Shown here: positions 23,501 to 36,400 of the stretch, piece by piece
Layout of the letters: the number at the start of each line of letters is the position of its first letter
Numbering within the stretch: position 1 is the stretch's first letter
Assembly: GCA_002633005.1 (NCBI GenBank)
Contig: NMRA01000006.1
Span: 1,520,888-1,584,887, forward strand
Source of the DNA: Phoronis australis
Taxonomy: Eukaryota > Animalia > Phoronida
Reading direction: 5' to 3'
Length of the DNA: 64,000 nt
The notes under the pieces: generated by a model
Databases searched by the model: none
What the model was told of the DNA's origin: nothing
The model's input: only the letters and a program-made list of their open reading frames with translations
Program-made: the position numbers and the translations under genes

Positions 23501-26500
23501 GTGGACGTCCTCATTATCTATGCTAGCACTTCCAGTCCTAGTTGTTGTTATCTCTGCTAGATGTTTGCCAACAACCCTGTGTGTGTTTGTGTGGATTTGA
23601 CTGATAGTTTGTTGATGACTTAACTTCATTGTCCCCCGCCACGCAGTCAAACGCGAAGGAGGGACATCGTATTCATGTCTGTATGATGCATTGTTTTTGA
23701 CTTTATATATTAAGAAGGTCAATTCTAATGTCCTTGATGTCATTTTCAAAGCTGTGAGAAATTTAGTTTTGATCTGAGGGATGCACCTGAGTGATATGTC
23801 AGGGTGGGAGGTTTCGATTTCGTTCATGTTGGCAAACTTGGCCTCATCTTCATGGTAGTAGCGAGTAATTTAAGAGTGGTCGTACATCTCAAGGAATCTG
23901 TTGACTGTGGAATTTAGGAGTTGGATTTAGAAAATGTTGGCCCGGCATCTTTAGAAGGTACAAGCTACCCAAACAATATAGCTCAGTCACCCAAGAACAT
24001 AGCTCGGCACTCATTAACACGACTCACTGACCGTTAAAGTCAGATCACTGGCTCCTGAAAAGCCTCACACAACACGACTTAGGCATCCAAATGGCATGGT
24101 TCATGTAACACAAACATGACCCAAGGACGAAATGTTCACTTTTTTGTTTTCCACTTTGCCATCTAGGGGCAATAAAAAGTACAATGTAGAAATCTCTAAA
24201 GACTATTCAGTTCTGTAGCAAAGTGCTACCTTTCCCCTGTCATTCTAGTCGCCAATCCGATGGTTACGCACACATCATGAATATTATTAATGTCCAACAG
24301 TTTTAAGCCCCTGTCCTATGAATACATTTGTTTAAACAGATTTTTTGTGTAACAAATGACTACTTGGCTTCACGTGATTTGGTATGCCTGAGCACTTTTT
24401 TTCAAGTGTATACAGACCGCCTTGTTGCTAATTGCTGCATTTGACAAGTGTTGCAGCAAGACTCTTATTGCCGTGGCCTGCCTATCTAGGTTAGTCGGTC
24501 CTCACAGTACACATAATCATTCTCATGTTTTGGACGTTTTGTCTCATGCAGCATGTGCTTTCCTTAGAATCAAATTTTGCTCCATGAACCACTTTCTCTC
24601 TCTTGTCCAGTTGTAGAGTACAGACAAGTTGAGTAAGCTGGCACTCATGGTACAGTCATTGCAATTCTGGAGCTTTCATATTAAGATAACTGAGCTGATG
24701 GTCGTTTTTCAAATGCATTGTATAGTGGTTGTCTGTTCGCAAATGTCCACTGACATCACTGAAAATTTGGAGACATGTAGAAACCAGGGTTGTATTTAGT
24801 AGGCGCAACAATTTAGCGAGTTAAGGTTGGATCAGATGACACGTGTCTTGAGAAACTTTTGCACAAAAAAATGCTGAAAGTCTGCGTATTCATCCAATGC
24901 TTCTGTAGCTTGTGTCAGTTTTATATTTTTATATGATTGTTGTTTTGTCATTTTCGCACCAAAAAGCAGTTGTGTTCCGGTGATTTCAGTTCTAGTGCAT
25001 ACAAGAGATAAGTGTTGTTTTTTGTCTTGCGGTTTAATACTCATCAAGTTTTCTGTGATGTCACCGAATGTTTCCAAGCCATCAGCCGTCTGATACTGCA
25101 TTTGAAAAACGACAGCAGACCGGAAATTCCCCAAATTAATGTACGTGTATGTTATCAAGTGCCAAATGTTTGCAAAAAGCAGTCTTGCTAATTGGTTTGC
25201 TAAAATGGCTAAATGATTTCAAATGTTTTAGCAAACTGGGCTGAAGCATTTAAAGGCTATCATGAGCCTACTTTGATACACTGTACAGAGAGCGACGATG
25301 GCTGGGGTTCATGAGGATCAAAGTGTGTTCTTAAGCATTAAAGTGCATGAGAACGTAAATACCCGCTGTAGCTCGTAAGGAACGAATTGTGCCCGTGAAA
25401 AAGAAAACCTTCGTGAGAACTTCCTTTCAGATTGTTTAGGGAGGACTGCTTACCTTGCTGTATATGCTGGCTTGTGTGTCACATTTAGTGTGTGAAACTA
25501 CTGTCTGTACCAGTTACATGTGTTGGTTTATTATCGAATGTGCTTTCTTATTCTTCTAGAGATTCGGTTACACAATGACAATAAAAAGTCAGTCCTAACA
25601 ATACCTGTTCTGCACAAGTAGAATGTTAGACTGTGCTTAAATCTTCTGTAGGGAGATCTTCAGTTTTTTTCAAGAAGCAAAAATGTTGCTTGCTCATTAA
25701 GTGAAGTTTGATATTTTGGGTGTTCCAAACGACACGCGTGTGCCTTATGTGCATTCGCCTTTGAGGGTGTACGTTCTCCCAGACTTTCCTGACTTTATAA
25801 GTGTCTGTTCACAAAACATGATAAAATGAAAAGTGCAATCTGTCCGCTCACAGTATCCCGATTTCGGTATTCAAATATGGAACCATCTGCTGACATTCCC
25901 TGACCAAGGATCATGCAAATCCCAGAATTTGTTACACTCACCAAATATATGAGCCAACACGCATTGTCAATACGTTTGTCATCGTCCACTTCAGGGAAAC
26001 TAACCCGCCAGATACTGATCTGCTTACAGTTCCAAGAGGGTCTTTTCGAGACCAACCTTGTTGCATTATCACGACACCTGGTGGTTTACTTTGCTTACTT
26101 TCTGTGTAGATAAGTCGAATAGAATACATCCACTCCAAAAACTTCATCCACCGTGACGTCAAGCCAGACAACTTCCTAATGGGCCTGGGCAAGAAGGGCA
26201 ATCTGGTGTATATCATTGACTTTGGCCTAGCCAAGAAGTACCGGGACGCGCGCACCCACCAGCACATCCCCTACAGAGAAAACAAGAATCTCACGGGCAC
26301 GGCCCGCTACGCCAGCATCAACACACATCTGGGTATAGGTGAGTTGAGAAACGACCTCGTTGACGGGAGAGAACGCATGGCGAGTGGATTTGGGGTTGTG
26401 GTTTCAGAAATCCGAAGGCCGGAGAAAGTTTTGCACAGCCTTTGAAGCCTTGGTTCATTATCACACAGTCCACGTAAGAACTAGTTCTCATCAAGGCTCT

Positions 26501-29326
26501 CTGTAGACTACCGTGCCTTAAAGTTCAGTCGGATCTTGGCTTTGCCTGGACATAGTTTTGCAGTTGATCTCAGTATTTCCAACAAGTATGATTTTGCCGT
26601 TTTAGAATACAATTTTTGTCCAACTTGTATTGAGTTTTCTTATTGTTTTTACAAGGACTTTAAGATTTTCACTGTTGAAAGAGTTGCATTCACTGCAGTT
26701 CTGTGTCCACATCTGGTCGTGTAACTGTCACCGTTTCATTCCCGCTGTAGAACAAAGTCGGCGAGATGACATGGAGTCGCTGGGCTACGTCTTCATGTAC
26801 TTCCTGAAGGGTAGTCTGCCTTGGCAGGGCCTTAAGGCGGCCACCAAGAGACAGAAATACGAAAGGATCAGCGAAAAGAAAATGTCCACACAGATAGAGG
26901 ACTTGTGCAAGGGCTTTCCCAGTGAGTATTATTGTCGTAGGAGGTGGTAGTGACAAAAATTAATGCGCGACACCTTCTGGGAGGGCCTGTTTATTAAAGG
27001 CTTTATGGCCTTGACTAGTTTGGCTTACTTGGTTCTTGTTAGAAAATCCAGTTTGAAGTATTGGGAGATTTGGCAGCTGTTTAGCAAATTACAATATGTT
27101 TGCTTTTAGTAACAATTCGGTGCATTTATTGCAAGAACACACAAACTGCCCATGGTATGGACATAGGTATTCGAACACGTACATGAAATTTATGTTCCCG
27201 TCTTGCTTGAATTTTCTATTTTGGAGAGCATTGGTTATGAATTTTTTTCAGTGCGTGTATGTAGTTTTGAAGTGCAGGTTTGGAATTTGTACTGCAAATT
27301 TGGCGTTTGCTAGATTAGTGGATCCAAGCGGGAAATTTTGAGGCATGGAGTCATTTCCACCTCAGAATTTGGTTTGTGGTGTTGTCATTAGTGTAATGCT
27401 GTTGAAGAGCCAAAACAATGGGGTCCATTTCAAAATTGTAGCTTTTAAAAATGATGCTGCGTTAATGACCACAGTATGATACAACCATCTTAGTAACTGT
27501 GCATTTAAACTTTATTAATAAAATGGGTTCTTGAAGTTAACAAAGTCCTCATGGTTTTAGCATAACATCCATTTCAGTACGAGCACACTTGTGGGTATAA
27601 CATAATAACACTAAACGAATGTGAATTACGTATAAGAGACATTGAACCAAGAGTTTTATGCCAAGTCAATTTTTAAAAAATCCGGTAACTCAGCACCATC
27701 TGTACTGATACAGAGCTGTCAGGTCTGTGTTGAATGGTTACATGTTGATTGTGTGTTACGGCAGTCTGAAACGAGGCACAAGTTTTCTCATTCGCATGTA
27801 AAATAGAAGACAGAATAAGAATTATAAGTGATGACTTGCTCTGCTTCATGTAAATTGTCTTGCATTCAGATGTTCCGGGTGGTTCGTTATTTGTTTTTGC
27901 ATGCATGTAATCTTTGCCCGCTGATAGATTCGTTGTCTTTTTGTACGATATCGTAATATCTGATTATAAGTTGTTACTAAAACTTTGTCCCTGTGGCATT
28001 TGCAGCCGAGTGTTCGACCTACCTGAACTTCTGCCGGTCGCTACGCTTTGACGACAAACCCGACTATTCCTACTTGAGGCAGCTCTTCAGAAACTTGTTC
28101 CACCGCCATGGATTTACCTACGACTACATTTTCGACTGGAACCTGCTCAAATTTGTAAGCAGCACCCTTTGATAAGTTCCCCGTCGCATGGTCCCTCCCT
28201 CTCTTTCTCTTTATTAATGTTGTTTTCCGTTGTTGGATTTTACGTGGATTGTTGTTTATGCCCTCTGTAGGAATGAAGTCCGCAGTGATTTGTTACTACA
28301 CCAAAGTCTTCAAAGAATTTGACATTGAATGTGTGGATTTTTTCACTTTCTCACAATAGAATTTCTGTAATGCTAATGAGCATCACAAGCTGCGTTCAGT
28401 GGTGCACCCCATAATATCCAGTATGTATTACTAAAATAAGTCCCTTCCTTGTTACTTGGTATGAGCTTGAATTCTTTCTTATTGTTTTCCTTGACGTGCA
28501 GTCAAAGATGTGGTGACAGTAATTGGGTCTTAGGTCAGGCTATTAGGGTCAGGTCAATTTTTCAGCCTTAACTGATTCAGACCCTTGCCTGTCTTCCCAG
28601 ATAATTAAAAGGCTGATGCTCAAACTCCGTATGTGCTACAGTACATGCCAAAAGTAATCAGGGAAAATACAATTTCCCCGTTATGATGGGTCAGTATCTG
28701 CCATGTCAGGTCATGCTATTTATTCACTTCGAAGGTGAATTTCACTTGCGCTCGGTCACCTTGATGGGGAAATCCACCTGCGCTCAGTCGCCATGACAGA
28801 GAGTTCCGGGTCATTTTGTCTGATTTTTCATGGCGTGAACTGTACCTCACAAATGCTTGCTTGTTAATTTTCTGCCTGCCTAGTCCCTTACGTAATCTGT
28901 TCAGTGCCCAAATACTTTTCACTTATGCCTGTTGAATGTTGTATGGGTGTTCAGATCCCTGATGTGGAGATAGAGCCATTGGCGTTAAGCTTCACAAGTT
29001 ATGTTGTAATGTTTCATGGTGTTTAGCCTCTGTTGTACTGTGCTGCATGTTGCTGTCGCTAGAGCATGTTCACCCTCCTTGCGGTGGCTTTTGACCATCT
29101 CGACCCCTGTCCCCTAGGGGGGTCTGTCTGCATGCCCGGCCCCGTTCTAGTGCTGTGTCTGTCTCTCTCGTTTGCAGGGCGGTCCGGGTTCGCGTGCGGC
29201 ACATGAAGACCGTTGCAAAGACCAGCTGAGAACACCGGTAAACCATCTGCGTGTTGAGTCACATCGTTTGCCAACGTCCGACTAAACTAATCACCATCCC
29301 CTAGCTTGGGTTGGCCGCCATGTTTC

Positions 29327-29358
<32 letters not shown>

Positions 29359-30709
29359 GAAGGGTGCCTGGGTGTCTGGACTAACTAGCATTTTTAACCT
29401 GCTTTAGGTTGTGATGTATCAGTCGAAAGATTTGGTTGAGGTTGAGAAATAATCGGAATGTTAACGTGTGCTTGTGTCCAAAGAGCTTCTGTTGAGAGTT
29501 ACCGTTCAACATTGTACTAGCAGTATTTAATCCCTTCTACGAGCTAACGTGTATTTGCATGTTGTGAACCTGTTGTTCTTTGCCTATGATATGTCGACCT
29601 TGTCTACAATGACAAAAATTCCATAAACGCTCGACTAGTTATTCATGTTCTATATGCACCTTATCGAAATTTTGGCCGTGCGTCACTCTTTGACTTTGTC
29701 CAGTGTTTTGCATGCTGATGTCATTTTTGTCTATGCTATTTTATCTGTGTACGCGTTTACCCGAGTACTGAGTTCGGTTGCCTTATAGGTTTGCGTATTA
29801 CGCACTCCTGCTTACGAATTGTGCACTCAGTGTCAATTCCTTTGTTTATGTAATGTATAAAAAGTTGCTACTGTTCTTTTAAAAATCTTTTTTAGATCGA
29901 ATTTCCCAGTTCATTTAGCCTCTGAAAATTCGTATGAGATTTGAAAATGAAGACCTACTGTATAAATAAAACAATTTTATCCAGCAGTGAGCCAACGCAG
30001 ATACTTCAGTAAAACCTGTGCTCACCTTAAAATTCATGGTGTACTTTAACGGAGCAAAAGTGTTTTAGTTATGATTTGATGCAACTCCCCATGGTAGTGA
30101 AAGTCTGTGCTTCTGAGACATTGGTGTGGAATTTGTCCATGCTGGTGACAGGGGTAGCGATAGTAGTTTCTTGTAGAGACTGATGGAAGTTTTACGTTCC
30201 ATTTGTTGATTGCAGGGTGGCACTGGTGCTGATGATCGTACGCGTCACCACATCCACAGCTCAACGACGCGCGCCGTCCAGGGGACGAGTACGGGCCGGA
30301 TACGCAGCTCCGACCATGCTGCTGGTGCTACAGCTAGTCCATCGGCCGACTACGGAGGTAGGTCGGGCGTCACTGCTGCAGGGAGTCCTGGTCATCTTGT
30401 GGGGGGATCCTGAGTTGCCCGTGTGGGCATTACTGACCGTAGTGAATATTGAGACGGGCATGGGTAAAAATAGTGTTATGATTACGTGAAACTGCTTGAA
30501 TTTTGCAGTTTTGTTTTTGGTTATGGATTTTGGTTTAGTTATTTTACATATCATTTTTCTAAGAATTCTCTAACTAATTTATCTTTTGAATTGTGGTATT
30601 GAATTTTCTTAAATTATTTTTCAATAAGTAATTTAATTGCAGTCACTTTGAACAATTTCTATTCAGTTGTGGCTATCCGTGGTGCTTGTATTCTTATGTG
30701 TCTGTGCAT

Positions 30710-30741
<32 letters not shown>

Positions 30742-33474
30742 GCTGTCATTGCTGTAGAATAGGCGTGTGTTAAGCTTACCCTGATGCACTCTATGCAAAC
30801 TATGGGCTTCACTGAAACTCTCTAGTCTATGCATCCAAAAGGTCTCCAAAGATCCTTCACTGCCTCTTTCTGCTAGTGCCTCTCCAGCTTCTCTTGAAAT
30901 AATTCACCATCACTGTGAATTGAAAAGGGAGCCTTGTAATCCACTGTTCTCATTCACGTAATGTTGAATGTCGATACATAATCCAAGATATTCTGTAAAC
31001 GTGTTGGCGCATGTGTTAGTGACCTACTTAATGGTGAGTTTTGTCTTCCTCCTCCTACTTTGACGAGGTTGTAGCGGTTTGACTGATTTCAGATGTCAAG
31101 TTGTTCAGAAGGCATGTGGCTGGCACCTTCTATGTTGTTTGTTCTTAGAAGCACCCCTGGTGTCGGCATGAGCATCTTTGGAGACTTGCACTGCTCTATT
31201 TTTCCTTTCACCTTTATCTCGCTCTATCTCTCTCTCTCTCTGTGCCACCCGTAGACCCTGGCCCTGATCGAGTGCTTGTGCGGCCACAGACTCTGGAGCC
31301 GGCAGCCCTCCTTGCCGACCGGCCCCTAACCAGGTCACAGTCCAAAGACAAAGGCGGTGGTCTGACCCGACAGGCAGACTTGCGACCTTCTGGTCGCACA
31401 GCCAGTGCTCAGCCCAGACTGTCTGCCAATATGCACGGTCTACAGCCGGGCTCTTCAACAAAGAAGCGCAAGGAATCTGATGATTCGCGTCTACGTAGTG
31501 GGTCCTCTCGAAAGTCTGCACTTTCAAGGCCAAAGATGACAAATAACTAGCAGCGCCATCTGTTGTGAAGGAATTATCATTTTGGTTTTGGGACACTTGG
31601 TTCTGTTGTAAAAGGGTTGTCCTCATCACCTCCATTGTTGTAACGGGTCAAGATATAACTATATGAATCATGATTTTGAGTTTGTTGAACATCAAATCCA
31701 GTAATGTCTGGTGTTAGCCAGCTCTGTTGTACTCAATTTCCTAACACCTCAGTTTTTAGTAATGTGTAAATACTGTGTGCATATCCGTTTTATTTATTAT
31801 ATTTCTCAATAATTTCTATCAATTTGGAAGTGATCTGTATTGTTCCGTTTTTATTGTTTGTGGCCGTTACTATCCACAAGTGCTGTGTATCTGCTGGGCT
31901 GAATAAACAAGATGAGTCCAAGAGTAACAGTGCACTTGTTTATGTTGAGTACACTAGGAAATGGAGGTTGTCTCAGTCAGAATTTTTTTACAATTGCATT
32001 TATTTCATTATCGTTCATGTTGTTCTCTTGAACTGTATCCGTGTACATAATAATATTCCTACAGAGTTCAGGCGTCAGGAGTTCACTGTGGTTCACTGTG
32101 AAATGTGTTTGTAACCACTCCAAGTTTTTGTATGAAACGAACTTTGTCATAGTCTGTGTTGTTATCTGTTTCGTTTGTGTTTAATGTTTGCCACTGTTCA
32201 ACTTATTTGTTGCCTTTGAACCACTACTGTAGAAAGTGTGAACTTTCATAAACGCTGATTTGATGAATTTGATGAAGCAGTTTTCAACAGCTGCTGTTAC
32301 GTATGGCATGAAGACTCCCTCACTATTGACTTAAGTGACAAAACGAGTTGGTACCAAGACATAAAAACTTTGTTATCAGACTCTATACACTATGGATGTT
32401 AATCACATCTCGAAACGTTAGGCCGGATTTTCTAAATCCATTTGCTAGACATTGCGAGCAGGGTATGTCGAAATATCCAATACTTAGTCCATGGGTGTTT
32501 TACGTAGATTCGAGACACTCGCGTGCTTCACTTGCAATAAGTGGCGACATCTTTTGACGACTTGCGTTTTTGCAAGTTTCTTTTGTCTGCGAAATACAGC
32601 CGTTATCACAGCTGATTGGCCAGTGTATTTTTATGTTCATAGATGATTGGTGAGATTATATATATATATTTATATGCGAATCTGACCACTAAATGGTTTC
32701 ATTACCTGTTGCCAACAGCCAAGCCTTGGGTTGCTGACACTACTTTGTTGAGGCTGGCGCATGATCACTGTACTAACATTGTTCGTAGTTTTCGTTGAGT
32801 AACCCTAACCTACCACCTTAGACTTTGTTCTGATAGTAACTGTAAACGTGTTCTCTGCTCTGTTCTGTGGTGTTGGCTTAACCTTATTTCTACCCCCAAT
32901 GACTCAGTGGTGCAAGAAATGGTGACCTCACCTTCTCATGACAGTGAGTAGTGATGAACGACTCTGGGTCACAATTTAATGAGAACTGTTCTCTCGTAAA
33001 AAAGACGGGTTTCAACTGTCTTTGTGAAATTTTAAATTCACTTTACTTTCTGTTAGTAGTATTTTGAAGGAGAGGGGTAATTTTTCTTTATTTTGGTTTG
33101 CTGGATTTCCAATTGGGTTTCTGTTACTTGGGTTTGCTGACAGTTTGCTTCACTGGAATTCCCTTTTATCGCGATGGTATGGGCTAGTGCCCTGTCCACC
33201 ACGTGGTCTTCATGTCTTGCTAACCACCGAGTCGTGGGTTCTGTGTCGTCTGCACTACTAATGCATGCTTTGTTAACCTCGTTCTACAGCCGCTCCCTCA
33301 CCTAGTCGTCCAATCTCTCGTGCAGAACGCGAGCGGCGGATCAGCCAACGGCTGCACCGTGGCCAGCCACCTCTGATGACTAACCCGGAGCTGGCGCGTG
33401 AAGGCACGCGGCTGTCAAGCATGGGCCCGCCGGCGTCCAATACCCGCAAGACCAGCGCTAGCGCTCGGAGGTGA
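11548..33474 (+). CDS. CSNK1D/E: Casein kinase 1 delta/epsilon (doubletime-like), multi-exon with alternative exons
   Basis: Exons 11548-11623 ([25 protein letters not shown]), 18733-18843 or 19036-19146, 22246-22394 or 22867-23015, 26110-26338 ([27 protein letters not shown]), 26751-26921, 28006-28154 (FDWNLLKF), [29178-29237], 30216-30357, then 31255-31550 or 33290-33474. All GT-AG and phase-consistent; exon sizes 76/111/149/229/171/149 match the vertebrate CK1d/e layout as I recall it. Confidence 0.96.
13596..14725. repeat. ~560-nt direct duplication joined by a single N (likely haplotype/assembly overlap)
   Basis: 13596-14154 and 14156-14725 are near-identical (a few SNPs, one 11-nt indel), with N at 14155. 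Confidence 0.85.
17908..18466. mobile_element. Non-autonomous DNA element remnant (hAT-like ends)
   Basis: Ends cagtgtctcacgc ... gcgagcactg with subterminal gtcgc(c)taa..atctga repeats; no clean target-site duplication. Confidence 0.35.
18733..18843 (+). CDS. CSNK1D/E: CK1 alternative exon 2A (canonical)
   Basis: aaacag|GC...GGA G|gtaggt; 111 nt, phase 1-1; (G)[36 protein letters not shown]. Confidence 0.93.
19036..19146 (+). CDS. CSNK1D/E: CK1 alternative exon 2B (divergent duplicate)
   Basis: Branch-like tgctaat, then ttctccccaactag|GT...GGT G|gtaagt; 111 nt, phase 1-1, no stops; (G)[36 protein letters not shown]. Confidence 0.88.
22246..22394 (+). CDS. CSNK1D/E: CK1 alternative exon 3A
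   Basis: tttcag|TG...CTA|gtaagt; 149 nt, phase 1-0; (V)[49 protein letters not shown]. Confidence 0.92.
22867..23015 (+). CDS. CSNK1D/E: CK1 alternative exon 3B
   Basis: tttcag|TC...CTA|gtaagt; 149 nt, phase 1-0; (V)[49 protein letters not shown]. Confidence 0.92.
29178..29237 (+). CDS. CSNK1D/E: Candidate 60-nt cassette exon in CK1 tail
   Basis: Long pyrimidine tract, tttgcag|GGC...CCG|gtaaac; phase 0-0; [20 protein letters not shown]. Confidence 0.55.
29328..29357. repeat. (CTG)n microsatellite
   Basis: About 10 perfect CTG units, roughly 90 nt downstream of the candidate cassette exon. Confidence 0.9.
30216..30357 (+). CDS. CSNK1D/E: CK1 C-terminal tail exon
   Basis: ttgcag|GGT...GGA G|gtaggt; 142 nt, phase 0-1; [47 protein letters not shown]. 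Confidence 0.75.
30710..30742. repeat. (TTG)n microsatellite
   Basis: About 11 TTG units. Confidence 0.9.
31255..31550 (+). CDS. CSNK1D/E: CK1 alternative terminal exon T1 (novel tail)
   Basis: (CT)n tract then cccgtag|AC; phase-1 open frame of about 98 codons (D)[11 protein letters not shown]...[32 protein letters not shown] (part of ORF 31242-31550). Confidence 0.65.
33290..33474 (+). CDS. CSNK1D/E: CK1 terminal exon T2 (conserved tail)
   Basis: ctaat branch, ttctacag|CC; phase 1; (A)[27 protein letters not shown]...SASARR*, resembling the vertebrate CK1d/e tail motif [21 protein letters not shown]. Confidence 0.85.
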
Positions 33475-36400
33475 ACAAATACTGTCGTGGTCGTGTGTAC
33501 CATTGAGGTTGTGTACAGATGTGACTGCCAGTGCTCGCAATAGGAGTCGGACTGTCGGCTGTGCATTAGATGTGCATAGAATGTGCAGTTGTTGGTAAAT
33601 GCATCGGAATGTGAACTGTTCATCAGTGTAGCATTTTTGAAATGACTGTAAATATATAGGCCACAGACTTATGTGTGAACAGTTCACATTTCTTGACTCG
33701 TGAGACTGCTATGAATTTCATACTGTTTTGATTTTATCACTTGTAAGAAGGTCTGGTACAGGCTGCGAGCTCTAGGTGAACTGCTTGTACTGTAAGTGTG
33801 AGTGGACTTCTTTGCAGGATGACTGTACACGGACTGAACATACATCAAGGATAATATGATTGGCCAATTACATGGCAGACTTTGCTGTTGGGCATTTGCT
33901 TGGTGATCATGGCCAACTGTTCAATGCACACTTATATATGCATCTCATTCATGACAATCTGGTGGATAGGTGTTTGAAATGTCCAACTGCACTGTTTGCA
34001 TAAATACTAAGTCTAAAAGACCATTGCCTTTAGCTCGGAACTGGGACCGGAATCAGCATTCTAGTCTTGAGCTAGTAGATTAGCAAGAGCTAGTAGACTA
34101 GCAAGATCTAGTATATAAAATCCGTTGGTAATTCCGGGAAGTGTTGGTTTCGAAACTTTTTCACTGCTGAAGGCATCTCGTAAATATGTCTCTGTTATAG
34201 GAATCTTATGTCTGTAATAGTGTCGCTGAATGTGTGTGTATATATATTGCTCCGTGGGTGAAAGTTGTGTGCAATAGAGGGTTTACTAACAGTGTAATTC
34301 TTGCGTTTAAAAGGTCAAGCTCATGCTGAGGTCGCGCGTTGGAATTCTTTTAACATTGTTCTTTATGTGGTCTTTGAGGGAGCCACAGCCATGTTATGTG
34401 TATTATAACGTTCTTTTCTGTGCTTTTATTGAATTGCAAGACTTGTAAATAATAGGCCAGGGAGGAGTCAAAATATCTGTTGAGTGAGAAGTGGGATGGG
34501 AGCATTTTAATGCTTAAAAGCTCTAGTCACGAGAGCATGCTTCTTGGGTACATAGTCATGGTTATGTCAGAACAGTCATGGGCAATAGTCACTTACAGGG
34601 GTACCGGTTTTTGACAACCAGTTTGAGGCCCGTTATTCAGTGGGAAAACTGGTTCTCAAATTGGCGGGACCCCTGTTACTATTACCAAGCTGTGGGGGGA
34701 AGTTCGTGATCAAGAACACTTTTAGAATGTACACGCTCTGGACTTATGAGATAAACCTCAGCCTATCGTTGTATGTTATGCGCTCAATACGGAATTGAAA
34801 AATATGTGTACCTTTTGTGAGGGAGTAGTTATGAAAGTGATGACGTTTTCAAAACGTTCTTTAATACACCTTGGTGAGTCGACCAATCTCATATTTTGAC
34901 GTAAGTGTAGTTTCCTGTGGGGTAAGTGGATCAACCATGCACAGTCCTGTTAATTATAACGTTGGAATGGTTTTGCCTGGTATCTATATGCTGTACAGTG
35001 TTAAAATCTTTTAGTTGCTATGTTGGTCAATTTGTTCGCTGATTCGACTGTGTAATATTTTGTTGTTTAGCTCCGTCTTATTAGTGTATATACCTATTTT
35101 GTGCTATCTGTCTATCTATATATAAATTTATTGTTGATAATTTGATCTCATGTGACTGGCTTTATTGAACGTCGTACTAGTGATGTTTGAGAAAATCGCA
35201 AATTTTAACCGCAAACCAAACGCTACAGAAATCGACTACCTTTTTGCTATGAATGTAGAGGCAAATCTTCGGCAAACTTGGTGAATTTGTGTCTTGACAC
35301 AACCCAGTCTTCGCATCCTGTAGGCTTGCTTCCATGTTGGTTATCAGTATCGTGAAAATCGGTGCTCTGTATTTCGATAATGGCAAAACTAACGTCACTG
35401 CTCACCTACGCACACTGAGGTGGGCCCTATCTTCAGCGAAGTGTTGCAATCAGACGAGTGTATGAATTTTTGCTTTGTTTTATTGTGTTCGGAATGGCGA
35501 TTTCCAAATATAAACTATTCTAGACACGTTTTAGATAGTCTGATGTTCATGGCTGCCGTCGTTGTGTGTCTGCTCTCATGAATAGATGCAAAAATCAATC
35601 TGTGGGGTTTCAGGGTCGCGCTTACTGAACGAAACTCGGGCGCGTGCATAATGGCCGATTATTTTATATTAAATATGGGCGTGTCCAGTGGGAGAATTTT
35701 TCACATTTGCCTTCAACTCATGGTTACCTTCTTCAATGTTAATTAGTCGTGTTGGTCGGTCTAGCCATAGATTATAGCGAGATGCGCACGTTCGCCTCGT
35801 TCAGCATTGTCACGTGGGAAATGCTTTTTGTTCCAGATAGTGACTGATGTATCCGCGATTGGCGTTATTCTAGCACGTCCATTTTGCGGAAGACGGGCGA
35901 TTAGGTCCTTGATTTTTTTACATGCACTTTGGTGGTTGAAGGTAATGTTCAGTGCCGGATTACTCGTAGCTTGGGCACCGCCTCCTCAGTCGTACTGTCC
36001 CGTCTTGCAAAACGTAACACTATGTTGGGTAAACATGATAACGACCGCAGGGTGTTTGACTGAGAGCCTTGAAATTGTGGGTCCTGGGAGGGGTGAACTT
36101 TTTGGTTTACCGTCGAGGGCTATTTTGAAGCGACGGGGTGTGACATTTTGACGACTGGGAGTTGGCTCCACACCCCTAGGTAGCGCTAGTGTGTTTAATT
36201 AACCAGAACTAAAAAGCATTACGGGACACATAGTATGGGCGTAGGGAAGCGGAAGTCAGCGGGCACATGTCCCAAAATTAAGTCAACACTTCTGCGAGCA
36301 AATGTTATGCTATACGTTCTTACCCTGCCAGACTGTGCTTATCATTAGTAATTTCCAACCTTGCACATTTTTATTGCCCTGGCGTTAAGAACTTTGTGGG

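Noticed and set aside
28271-28276. Possible ultra-short CK1 terminal exon (ctgtag|GAA TGA) giving a tailless kinase
   Set aside because: Only an acceptor-like site plus one codon; cannot be distinguished from chance without transcript data.
31105-31635. 176-aa minus-strand ORF
   Set aside because: Antisense shadow of CK1 terminal exon T1 and its (CT)n tract; no recognisable domain.
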